Shown: in pieces, positions 1-10,122 of the stretch
How the letters are laid out: each line of letters begins with the position of its first letter
Position numbering within the stretch: position 1 is the first letter of the stretch
DNA from: Botryllus schlosseri
Lineage: Eukaryota
Length of the DNA: 64,000 bases
Direction of reading: 5' to 3'
Assembly (NCBI GenBank): GCA_051294905.1
Contig: CM119373.1
Coordinates: 622,001 to 686,000, forward strand
Notes under the pieces: generated by a model
Database searches by the model: none
The model's input: the letters and a program-made list of their open reading frames with translations, nothing else
Told to the model about the DNA's origin: nothing
Program-made: the position numbers and the translations under genes

Positions 1-128
1 GACACCATCTTACACCGTAAAGCCCAGGCCCATAGTGCGACGGTAACCAATCTCCGACGAAGCTCTCTTAACCCTCATGCTTAACTAAACACAACTATAT
101 GAATTACAGATTTTCACGTTAAACTAAT

Positions 129-3100
129 ATGCCAATAATTAACTACCTGTACAAATGGAAAGGACTACAAAGATTGCTGCTGTTAATCCCGTGGGCTTGT
201 TTTGTGAAAACCCAAACTGGCGAAAACCTACTACCCTTATCTGCCATGACCGTGGGGTCCGTCGACGACTTTAATTTTACGGGATGGATACTTTTCGACG
301 TCCCACCAAAGCCGCAAAGAGTTCCGTTGTCACGGCTTTTTATATTAGGAGGGGACTGGCCTCGAAGGGACATTCGACGTCACTATCAGATACAGGTTGA
401 CGACTCGGCGTTTGGTCCGTTGAAAGCCGCACCGCAAAGTTTATACAAATTACTGACACCCATATCATCCATAGGATCCCAAAACGCCAGGTATTGGAAT
501 GAAACCTGGGCGTATGAACGGGAGTGTGTGTGCAGAAGGACTGAGTCGTGGATATCGCCGGATCTGAACCCTGCGGACTACTATACTCAAAAAATAAAGT
601 ACCGACGTGACGGCAGACTGGGAGTGATACATCTCTGGAGGTACGTAGAAACCCGAGTCTTGCATTCTCTACCCCTCGAGACATTACAACGACTAACCGT
701 ATATAAGACAATGATCATAAATTTATTGGAACAATATGAAACAGTGGAAGCAAATTGTCGCTATCAGTTCGGGCGTCATATAGGATGGGATATCGGACAG
801 AATAGATTCAGCCATTGTGTTGCTCACAAAAAACGTCGAAGTAGAGTGATGTGTATAGAGTGCTACTTCATGGGGGAGCAACCGGTTGAGAATTTCTTGC
901 CCCTAGATTTTGTAATACAGGAAGTCGATCCCGGTATTATTGGGAACCCGCCGGATAAGCGGAGAACCTTTTCTAGCAATCAATGGCCCGACAGAGCTCC
1001 TCTGCCGAAGATAAGCGAGAATCTGGTATGGCTACAAGCAAGGAACGAGACATATTCGGAACATTGGCATGTGATGTTCGACGGACGAAAAACCGATACG
1101 GCATTCCTACGCACGATGGCGAAACCCCAACCTTCAGGCATGGCAATGTATGACTCTTACCCAGTTCTTTTGCATAATAGATCGCGGTGCGGACTAAAGG
1201 AAAATAGACAAGTTTGTTCAACGGCTGTTGGAGATCTCAAAACAGCCTTACTATTCAATAGAGTATTATTCGACCCTTTCGAGGGGCAGGCCGTGTTTGC
1301 GGACCCTCGGCAAGGTGCAATGCAAATTGCTGCCCCTGAAAACCGAACGCGGACGGAAATACTTTTACCAACCCTGGGTAACCAAACTTCCTGCTTGATT
1401 TCAAAAGGGTGGGAAACGTTCATACTATCCCCGTCTCGAGAGACACCCGATGGAAATGGACGGGGGGGTATCAAAACCTGGCTATCCCGTCTTGGGGTAC
1501 AATACGCAGAAGAGACAAAGAAACACTTGTCACAACTGAAGGTTCGAATAAGGGGAGGCGTAGAAACGCAGCGAGAAAGACCCGTCTCGCGGGGACAACT
1601 TGAGGAGTTATCCGTGAGGTATAACCTTACCCTACGACCGACATTAGTAGAACAAGTAAAATTATTAAATACGATACTTCTGGATTATATGGCCACACAA
1701 AAGCTAATTCAGGCAGAAGTGGGGGACGAAAAGTTATTTCAGTCTCGATGGATCTATCGGGGGACGTTTTGTGAAGGTTCCCTGGTCTATACGCCATATG
1801 CCTATAGGAATAATGCGGGGGAGAGATCCACCGCTCGAACGGTGATATTAACCGCAACTGATGACCGTGGAAACCATCACGCAAGGATCACATGGACCCC
1901 CGAAGTTCCGCAAACTACTTCGATGATGGTGGGCAGTACGAACACAGAAGCTTTGGGAAATGGGCGTGGCGTAACACCAAGTGAAAAAAGGAAACCAACA
2001 AACAACCGCTCGACACCGTCTCCGGCTTGGGAAATGCTAACGACTGCCACTGAAGCAATGTCGTTACCAAGGTTCCCGCCCGCGCACCAGGAAGTCATGA
2101 GACGGGAGAAGGAATTGGCGAGCCAAAACAAATCGGCGGAGGCGATAATTACCAGAAGAATGACTCACGAGACCACCACGCAAACGAAAATAATCGACCA
2201 AAGGTTAGTAGAAACTGATTGGTCCGGTTTTGCAGGAACTACGGTTTCCTACCAGGTTTCCTCCGATCGACATGTAGACGGTAATACAACACCCGAGGCG
2301 AGTAGAACTGCCTATGTAACGACTAGCCCTCTCCCCAACACTACCGAAACGAGCGAGACTCCAAGGGATCAGGAGGGCGACGTCGCACCCTTGGTGACCG
2401 TTGAACGGCTAACAACAACAGTACCAAAGACTACAGCGCTGAGACACCTACCATCTCTAACTCTAGGATGGCGAATGAAAACGACGCTGGTGCAAGCTTG
2501 GCGATCGCAATCGATGGCTAAAAAAAGGGGAAAAAATGACAATGCCATACCAACCTATTCGACTCATTGGAAGCAACAGTTGCCAACCAATCCACGTAAC
2601 CTACCCGAAAGAACGACGAAAATCAGCGGTGAGGTGTCCACAACAACGCGAGTGCATCCGATTACCACTGCAGACGCGCTGCAGGACTCCAGAGAGGATG
2701 ACGGAACCGACATCGGAACGGACTACCAAAGCCCGGACCACAACCGTAAGGTAAGTACCGGAACAACTGCTTTGTATTCAACAGGAGACGACAAAGACGA
2801 CTCGTCCCCGAGGAGTGTCGAACTGATGAACACTACCTTGGAGTCAACGATGACTGACGCGTCACCACCGCCTGGGCAAAAAAAACGAAGTTTGGGAACA
2901 CCCGCTCCTGAGTATTCCCGAATATCAAGAACCACCGCGGGGAAGACAACCACAGATTTCGTTGACTACAACTATACTCGATGGCTGCACGAACTGGTGA
3001 TGATGGAAGGTGGATATAAGGTAAGAGAATTATCCTTGATCGATAGGGTTATTATGGAAGGTGCGAAACTGATACCTATCATGGAACCAGTGGTTGTAAT

Positions 3101-3272
3101 ATTGGTGGTAACAGGGTTGATAGCTCTGGTGATTGTGTTGTGGGTTGGTTGTATAAGATGTCGTCGGCGTAGAACCCTAAGTCATCTGAGGAACACGAGG
3201 AGGCGTAACGGAACAAGTCAATGGATGGCGATAAGGGTAATACGAAACACAGCAGAGGATAACGAGATTTGA
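129..3272 (+). CDS. Intronless 1047-aa type-I membrane glycoprotein; candidate env-like/viral glycoprotein of an LTR retroelement or endogenous virus
   Basis: Long uninterrupted ORF, visibly more GC-rich than flanks. N-terminal hydrophobic stretch (LQRLLLLIPWACFV), Cys-containing ectodomain, KKRRSR polybasic site (~aa 234-239), many N-X-S/T sequons, Ser/Thr/Pro-rich region (~aa 590-950), TM helix VVVILVVTGLIALVIVLWVGCI then RCRRRR. The env identity is inference; no family motif recognised. Confidence 0.7.
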   Translation: MPIINYLYKWKGLQRLLLLIPWACFVKTQTGENLLPLSAMTVGSVDDFNFTGWILFDVPPKPQRVPLSRLFILGGDWPRRDIRRHYQIQVDDSAFGPLKAAPQSLYKLLTPISSIGSQNARYWNETWAYERECVCRRTESWISPDLNPADYYTQKIKYRRDGRLGVIHLWRYVETRVLHSLPLETLQRLTVYKTMIINLLEQYETVEANCRYQFGRHIGWDIGQNRFSHCVAHKKRRSRVMCIECYFMGEQPVENFLPLDFVIQEVDPGIIGNPPDKRRTFSSNQWPDRAPLPKISENLVWLQARNETYSEHWHVMFDGRKTDTAFLRTMAKPQPSGMAMYDSYPVLLHNRSRCGLKENRQVCSTAVGDLKTALLFNRVLFDPFEGQAVFADPRQGAMQIAAPENRTRTEILLPTLGNQTSCLISKGWETFILSPSRETPDGNGRGGIKTWLSRLGVQYAEETKKHLSQLKVRIRGGVETQRERPVSRGQLEELSVRYNLTLRPTLVEQVKLLNTILLDYMATQKLIQAEVGDEKLFQSRWIYRGTFCEGSLVYTPYAYRNNAGERSTARTVILTATDDRGNHHARITWTPEVPQTTSMMVGSTNTEALGNGRGVTPSEKRKPTNNRSTPSPAWEMLTTATEAMSLPRFPPAHQEVMRREKELASQNKSAEAIITRRMTHETTTQTKIIDQRLVETDWSGFAGTTVSYQVSSDRHVDGNTTPEASRTAYVTTSPLPNTTETSETPRDQEGDVAPLVTVERLTTTVPKTTALRHLPSLTLGWRMKTTLVQAWRSQSMAKKRGKNDNAIPTYSTHWKQQLPTNPRNLPERTTKISGEVSTTTRVHPITTADALQDSREDDGTDIGTDYQSPDHNRKVSTGTTALYSTGDDKDDSSPRSVELMNTTLESTMTDASPPPGQKKRSLGTPAPEYSRISRTTAGKTTTDFVDYNYTRWLHELVMMEGGYKVRELSLIDRVIMEGAKLIPIMEPVVVILVVTGLIALVIVLWVGCIRCRRRRTLSHLRNTRRRNGTSQWMAIRVIRNTAEDNEI

Positions 3273-3454
3273 AGGTAAGAGAATCGATTCTTGAAGTTAG
3301 GTGTAAGTTCGTTATGTAGTTAGGATAGAGAAGTATGAGATGCAATTTTATAATTTTGGGAAATTCTTAAGTAAACTTGTGATAGGCATCGGGAATACAA
3401 AAACAATACACGCGATGCATTGTTTGCGGTTGGTTTCAAGTGAAGTATTTTATA

Positions 3455-3645
3455 TAATGGGCGTAAACGGAAAAAACTGAAACCTCGTAACTAGAAATAT
3501 GCTAAGTCATGGTAAGTTAGTTATGTAAAGAAGCATAAATGAAAGGCAGTGCATCGTTTATAATAGGTGTCAACTGTATTATTTTACGTAATGGGCGTAA
3601 ACGGAAAAAAATGAAACCTCGTAACTGGAAATCTGCTGAGTCATG
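3455..3645 (+). repeat. 57-bp imperfect direct repeat pair downstream of the glycoprotein ORF
   Basis: taatgggcgtaaacggaaaaaa.tgaaacctcgtaact.gaaat.tgct.agtcatg at 3455-3511 and 3589-3645. Confidence 0.9.
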
Positions 3646-3668
3646 AAATGCTAATTCGAGAGAATTGT

Positions 3669-5487
3669 AAAAAAAAAAAGGGTTGACGTGTAAAAATACT
3701 TAGTCAATAAAGTGATCACCATGAACGGGTAATGTTGGTATATAGTGCACTAGTTCCACTTGTTGGATGGACAATCAGGCCCCTGTAGGGCTCTAGCTAT
3801 GATACTGGGTAGGCTACCTTATGTTGTAGTTTTAGCAGTGGCTCAAGTGCAGTTTTATTGGCAGCCCCCCAACAAAGGATGCCATATTGTAACTTCGATT
3901 GGATTAGGGATCTAAACAGATAGCCTCAGAAGAACCCAGACTGACATGAAGCGTCCAACGCTGTAGAACAGGCCGCACTTCGGTGATAATTTATTGTCTA
4001 GGGCAGGGGCTCTCAACCCGCGGCCCGCGGGCCGCATGCGGCCCGCGACATCTTTCATTGTAAACGCAATTTCTACTGGCACGACATTGTTAAATAATAA
4101 CATAGCTACTTAGCTCTCTTATCGCACAGGCTCTGTCTCGCTTGATTACTGATTCTTTGATGTTTTCTGGTTTATTGATATATGCTCGAGTGTAGATAGT
4201 TATTGTTTTGAATCGGTATTCGCCTGGAGGAGATTAAACGGCGGGAACTGGGTTTGTAAGTTTGCGTGGAACAATCAATTTGCTTTCTCAGATACGAATG
4301 GAAAACCGATGTGACATAGTTGTCGTAACGAAGCGTAGAGGCTAAAATTATACCACGACACTTTCTTCTGAAGTTGTATCGCCTGATGTTAGAAAAAACA
4401 TTGCTAGCTAGGTGTCAAACCCATCAATCCATATTTCGAGGCAGTGCTAAAATTGTCGACGATGTTACAGACTCATGGTTCAAAATTGCTTGGAATATCG
4501 CTAAACTCATGAAATCTGCCAGAGAAGGTGTCATTTCAATAAAACCTAAGCATACTGTGCGAATATTCGCTGCTTCCGGAACTTCACAGCAAGGACAACA
4601 TTACTTGACAAATGTTCAAGCTACACTTGTCTTTCATCGCATGTTCTGAAATACGTTGCCGCGCAGAGAATTTTAGCCTAGCATCGGACGAAACCACTGA
4701 TTTCACAGACATTGCATAGCAAATTATCTGGGTGCTTTTTATCAGAGTGGAAATGATGGCAGGGCAAACGCGGGGAGGGCCGAGCGAAAAACATCAACTC
4801 GATGATAATTCTTGGATTATCCACCGATCAAGGATAATCCCAGAATTATCAAATAAAAACTGAAATAACTCCGCTTCTACAGCTTGGAATTGGGTCAAAT
4901 TTGTTTTGCATATGGTTTTTGAAGACAGCCCAACAATTTCATGGGGTTGGCAGAAAATTTGAAAAAAAAAATTTTTTGCGTTTTTGGGCAAATTCAAAAT
5001 TTTCAAACTCTACGAAACCCGCGAATATTGGTTGGAATGAATTCAAATTTTGTGTGCGTCGTTTTTTAAGGCAACCTAACAATTTAATCAAGTAACCAAC
5101 AAGATTCAGGAAAAAATGTTATTTTTGAACAGCCCTACTGTCCATTAATGCTTCACAATGTAGAAAAATGTACTAAACGCCTGTATACGACTGGTAAATA
5201 GGCTATAGTAGCCTAAATTTAATAGTAGCCCACAAATACATGGAAATATTGTTTTGCGGCCCGCAACGTATTTTGCTGTTAAAATGCGGCCCGTTAGGCA
5301 AGGGAAGTTGAGAACCCCTGGTCTAGGGACTGAATATGACTCTTCCAGGATATGTCCTAGTACAATAAAACGCCGAGATATTTGACATTATCTGTGTCGG
5401 AAGCGGGCTGACCAGCGATGCTACGGTTCCGGGATAAAGTTTTATTATTGAAAGAGACTTCTGCATCGCAATGTGCAACTACATACA
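3669..5487 (+). mobile_element. Possible polypurine tract and 3' LTR (TGTA...TACA) interrupted by a hAT insertion
   Basis: A11GGG purine run 3669-3682, TGTA at 3689, AATAAA ~5364, TACA ending 5487. No second LTR in the window to confirm the boundaries. Confidence 0.3.
4004..5320 (+). mobile_element. Non-autonomous hAT (Charlie/Buster-like) element with transposase relic
   Basis: TIRs caggggctctcaac/gttgagaacccctg; perfect 8-bp TSD gtctaggg (3996-4003, 5321-5328). Relic FSLASDETTDFTDIA*Q near 4670-4745 resembles the hAT catalytic 'LALDESTD' motif. Confidence 0.9.
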
Positions 5488-6166
5488 TTTCAAGAATCGC
5501 TTCCCAGCTTCAATATGTAGATTAATGGCGAATTATATGCCCGAAAGAATGTATAGCCTAATCCTATCCATTCTCATCGATCAGTCTTTGCGGATCCGGT
5601 GTCAACTGATGCGGTTCCTCAAGTACATAATGACATTTTTTTAAATTTATTGCGGTACATAACTCCCGAATACACGGAAACGATAATGTGTCACACAATA
5701 TTCTGTGACTAAAATAACATTTTCCACACATAAACGTTTTTGTAGTCAGAACTGAGGGATAACCAAAAAACGTAAAAACGATAACTTCCAAAATTACTAA
5801 ATTCCAACTGATAAATTAATATCGGAATTATATTTAGAGTCAACAAGCTCCTGACTGGGTCAGTGCTAGGTCGATTCCACCACCGCGGACAAAGCCAACC
5901 ATAGTCATATGTATATAAACGACATTAATTGTACTAGTCACGTAATAATTAAATTGATTAAAAAAAACATTGATTTTAAGTCATTTGTGAACGGAAATCC
6001 ACATAAAATTTCGATGTGATGATCAGTCGATTTCTTTCTGTAATAATCGGCAACATTGGATATTCAAACGTAATAAGCGATCAGCATTTATCCATGATGT
6101 AATTGCTGCCACATATAGGACCCCGTTACGATTGTTAACACTGTGGTATAAAAAGGCTGTACGATT

Positions 6167-6504
6167 CAGGCCTGGACAACTAGAAGATTTTCAGCTTTAC
6201 GAAATTAGATAACAACTAGAATTAATGAATTTACAAAAACTAGGACATTGAATCAAGCTCAGGTCAATTGAAATAAGATTTCATTTTCATAAGCATGTGA
6301 ATGACAAGTGTCTGTACATCAAGCTTATTAGCTCGTTTACCCCAATTTGGTTCTCCTGTAGCATTTACAGAAAAATCACAGCGATTAGATTATAATTAGA
6401 ATGAGAGTAAAGAAACTTTTCACATTCGATTAGAATTACATTACAGGAATTTCGTTATAGTTATACTAATTCGACCACTCGAATTATCTAGCTGCCCAAG
6501 TCTG
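6167..6504. mobile_element. Old hAT-type MITE rich in attagaatt motifs, present in the 3' flank of all three pentraxin copies (also 36056-36352, 53671-54027)
   Basis: Degenerate TIRs caggcctggacaactag/ctagctgcccaagtctg; degenerate 8-bp TSD close to atacgatt at all three positions. Confidence 0.65.
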
Positions 6505-6593
6505 ATGCGATTGCCCTCGTCAGATCATGATCAATCATGATGTTATGTTGATTGGAAAGTTTCCTTGCCGCCCAAATACAAATCCTGCTGGAC

Positions 6594-7111
6594 CAGTGGT
6601 TCCCAACCTTTTTGTCTTCATTTCCCACAACCCTTTATTCCGAGTCTTCATTCCCCACTACCCAAAACTACTATATAGTGTTACCCTATTTTGAGATCCC
6701 AGAAAAAGGACACTTTTTATAAACTCGAAAGCGCCACGAAAACTGTGATTTAGAACATTTTTCGACTGATGGTATTGTGTTGACTACAAAAAGTTGACCA
6801 CTTTGATTCGACTCCGTTTATTTCACGAAATTTTGACGTTCGCTGCGTCGGGCTCGCATTTTTCGTGGCATTTAAATCCTATCGAATGAGACTAGGACAA
6901 ATTCCCAGAAAAGAGGAGGACATTTAGGCGTCCCCCGAGTACAATTTCAATTTATAATTTTCGATACATACATTTCAAAGCAGTTAACTGGCAACGGTAA
7001 TCGCGCATCGTTCTCCCTAAATATGTAGACCATCCTGTATATACTACTTATAACGAATGCGTCTATTCCCCAGCAGAAAACATTGAATTCCCCACCGGTT
7101 GAGAACCACTG
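6594..7111. mobile_element. hAT-type MITE just 3' of pentraxin copy A
   Basis: Termini cagtggttcccaacc/ggttgagaaccactg; absent at the paralogous site in copies B and C (cgctggacgaagg). Confidence 0.8.
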
Positions 7112-7231
7112 CAGTCGCAGGACGAAGGGCCGACCAATTATCGAATTTCATGTAAAATCATAATAATGTACACAAATTACCAGTTCTAAATCAGTTTTGT
7201 CGTCGCGCACGTAATTCGAACCAGCATTAAA

Positions 7232-7902
7232 TCATTCATTTTTGTCGCATGCGCCAGTCCAAGTATCAGTAACTCCGTGATTAGTGACGATTGAATTGTC
7301 GCGATCGAAAGTCACGTCTGCATCGCTTGGACAGTGGCAACCATTTGATTCGTACATTTCAAGTATTTCCGTCGCATTCAAAGCCCTCTTCCAAATGATA
7401 AAACCTTCTATTTCTCCGTGAAAGCCTTCATCTGAAAACATTTGTTTACCCGGACTGGTTCCGCTGATTGGGCCGTATTGTGAGTGACCCAAGATTAGTA
7501 CGCCATTACGTGGGACGGGATCAAGATTTTGAACTGTGGTGGATGGTAGAGATGAGCCGTTAACGAAAGTATCTGTCGATGATGCTGACTTCACTATGCA
7601 CAAATGTGACCGGGTTGTTATGGAGTTCATCATCGCAGTGAAGTGTTTTCTACTCTCGAATCTGACTTTAATGGACGGCGAATATTTATTAATCTCCACG
7701 TTAAAGGTTTCGCACTCTGTTGAGCTTGAAATACTAGTCAACGCGCAGTAACTGAGCAACGTTCCGCCCACTTGCTTTCCTTCCGTTGTAGGGCGAACCC
7801 AAGCGCATGCCGTTAATGACTTCATCTCCGAAACCATGCCTCCATACTGAACATATACGCTGTGGTCTTCACTCGGGAATACGAAGTGAGATGTGTTGCA
7901 CG
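7232..7902 (-). CDS. Pentraxin-domain terminal exon, copy A
   Basis: Acceptor ttcag at 7903-7907, phase 1. Motifs MKSLTACAWVRP, GTLLSYCA, SHLCIV, FVNG, GVLILGHSQY, FHGEIEGFIIWKRAL match the pentraxin/LamG fold. TGA at 7232-7234. Confidence 0.9.
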
Positions 7903-8012
7903 CTGAAAGCAACAAGTCAACAATATACTTGCAAATCAATCCCTATCAAAGGTAAGGAAGCCAGAATTTTGATTTCCTAAAATCTTAAGGTGGGTTTGTC
8001 AATCAATGATTA

Positions 8013-9365
8013 CTATGATCAACAAAATGAAAAAAAAATTTAGGCAGAACATCTGAAAGTCGTTTCTGGTTTTTTTAGGTTGCTGATTACGGATATCACA
8101 TTAGTTTTGTCAGATTGGCTCTCTGTCAGAAGATATTTATACCCCTAAAAAAGCCCAAACCCCTAAATATTTCACTTGGTAGGAAAACAATCGTAGTTTT
8201 TTTCTAATTTTATACAGCGCATAAATGGCTAATTTACTATGAAGAACCCTCATGTCATTCTCAGTTATTCTATCAATATTACCATGGCATGATGCGAAAT
8301 ATTTGATTGTCAACAAAGCAGTTTGTCTATAGCCTAAAAATTGTACTTTTGCGCAACGGAAATCCATATTATCCTCCTGTATCAATTGGTTATTCCACCA
8401 AGACTAAAGAGGAGTATAAAACTGTAAAATTTGTCCTTGAAAGGCTTAACTACAATACTCATATGTGTCTCATTTCGTTTGACTGGTAAATGGATCATTT
8501 TCCACTGAGTCAACAAAGTGGGTATAACTAGTAACCCTATCAAACGAGATGCTTAAATCTGTATCTAGTATATTCGAATACCGATGAAAGATTCCTATTT
8601 CACATTAGGAGGAGTTCACAGCATATAATTTCTCCTAAGATGTAGTAAATAAAGCTTTTTAGATGATCACAAAGCACCCAACTATAAACAGTTGGTCCGA
8701 AAATTCGTATCTGCATATCGAAAACTTGGAACAAACATGAGCATAAAATTTCACTTCCTGTTTAGCCATCTTAATATATTTCCCGATCATCTTGTTCATT
8801 AGCAAGGGGAGAGGTTCTACCAAGACATCAGAACAACAAAAGAAAGATACCAGGGCAGATGAGATGAACTATTGAACATATTATGTCAGACCATTGCCGG
8901 AACCTTTCGAGAAACTGCACTAAATAGCTTACAGGCGAAAATCGTACGAAAATCAATTTCGATTTAAAATATATCAATAATATTGTATTCCAACTGAATA
9001 TTTCAAATTTACAATAGGTGTTGACGTAAAACTGATTGAGTCCATGCCACGCTATTTGATTATCTAGGTGAATACTTATATACATGACTAGAGTTTATGG
9101 TGTTGCTGTATTTTGATTTAAAATTGTCTCCCGTGTGTAAAAATAACAAGAAGATTGAATTACTAAACTTTATAGTGCGACTAAGCCGATTTTATATCTA
9201 GTCATTACCGCTAAAATGGGAGATTTTGGTCAGAATAGCCCCATGGGTTATCTCTACAATAAGAGCCAATATGAAAAAAACTAAGGTCATATTCGGAATC
9301 AGTGCCCTTCAGAACCCCCAAAACCACTCTTACTTTGTCTGCCTAAAAATATGTGTTGACCAGTG
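8013..9365 (+). mobile_element. Chapaev3-type (CMC) DNA transposon relic in the last intron of copy A
   Basis: Right end gttgaccagtg, degenerate left end, TTA TSD; empty site at ~46060 and ~37310. Relic peptides SLKIVLLRNGN..YSTKTKEEYKTVKFVLERLNY and MSIKFHFLFSHL..QGERFYQDIRTTKERYQG match the Chapaev3 transposase. Confidence 0.85.
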
Positions 9366-9427
9366 TTATTATCGGTCGGTCGTCATCTTGTAAGCTCCAT
9401 AAAACGCAAGTCGTGTCATTAACTTAC

Positions 9428-9529
9428 CTCTTTCATCCTTGGGCTTCGAAGTCGTGAGACCGTCCTCGGTTGCGGTCGTAGAACGTTCAGAGGCTTGAGT
9501 CGTCTTTGGATTTGACGTATTCACTCCAT
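9428..9529 (-). CDS. Thr/Ser-rich 102-nt phase-1 exon, copy A (DGVNTSNPKTTQASERSTTATEDGLTTSKPKDER)
   Basis: ag acceptor 9530-9531, gtaagt donor. Open and frame-compatible with the pentraxin exon; paralogous exons in B and C. Confidence 0.8.
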
Positions 9530-9603
9530 CTGTGATGTGTCAATGGGTACGATTTTATCATAAATAATATCGTATGATAATCTTAAATTATGTTAACACT
9601 CGC

Positions 9604-9702
9604 CGTTATCGTAGGGCTTCGAAGTCGTGACGTCATTGTTACTTTTGCTCGTAGGCGTTTCAATGGGAGACGTTGTTTCGGCGCCTGATTGTTGCGATCC
9701 AT
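9604..9702 (-). CDS. Thr/Ser-rich 99-nt phase-1 exon, copy A (GSQQSGAETTSPIETPTSKSNNDVTTSKPYDN); GC donor
   Basis: tag acceptor; the donor is GCGAGT, whereas paralogues have GT. Open frame. Confidence 0.75.
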
Positions 9703-9748
9703 CTAATATAAGTGTGTCGATAAAGATGAGTCAGCCTATATTATATTC

Positions 9749-9969
9749 AAAATACACCAACCAAAACTCTGTCAACAAAAGGAGTTCGTGTACTACCTAA
9801 AAATAGTACATTGAACGCTCTATCTTTCATGCTGGTGACGTCATATTTTGTGATACGATTGTTGATATACAATGTTCTTTCCAATTCTCTACTAGTTTCG
9901 GACGATTACCCCTGACGAGTGTCAGCCGAAAATATTCGGGTTCATTTCAATATGAATATACTATTCAAT
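9749..9969 (+). mobile_element. Penelope-like retroelement 3' fragment (pseudo-LTR)
   Basis: 12-bp duplication tatattatattc (9737-9748, 9970-9981); empty site ~46430-46445. Encodes the GIY-YIG C-terminal end (CQQKEFVYYLKIV) and contains a hammerhead motif. Confidence 0.8.
9908..9941 (+). ncRNA. Minimal type-I hammerhead ribozyme motif
   Basis: ACCC-CUGACGA-G(UGUCAGC)C-GAAA-AUAU-UC-GGGU: full core, stem I ACCC/GGGU, 1-bp stem III with palindromic AUAU loop. Predicted cleavage after C9937. Confidence 0.75.
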
Positions 9970-10122
9970 TATATTATATTCGTGTTATACTTTGGAAATT
10001 ATTTCCCCAATCTACGGACTCGGAAATTGCGCTACCATACTTTGCTAAATTTTCAGTAGATCCGATTGCTAACGTTGCTTTCCAGTATGTGAGGATTTAG
10101 TCATTATTTTCGTGAGTAATCC

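Noticed and set aside
7903..7939. ORF-track N-termini of the pentraxin ORFs (also 37209-37230, 54889-55018)
   Set aside because: Intronic read-through upstream of a conserved ttcag acceptor; not conserved between A/B and C.
8307..8350. KQFVYSLKIV as another Penelope endonuclease end
   Set aside because: It continues directly into LLRNGN..., which fits the Chapaev3 transposase SLK.VLLHNGN motif in that element.
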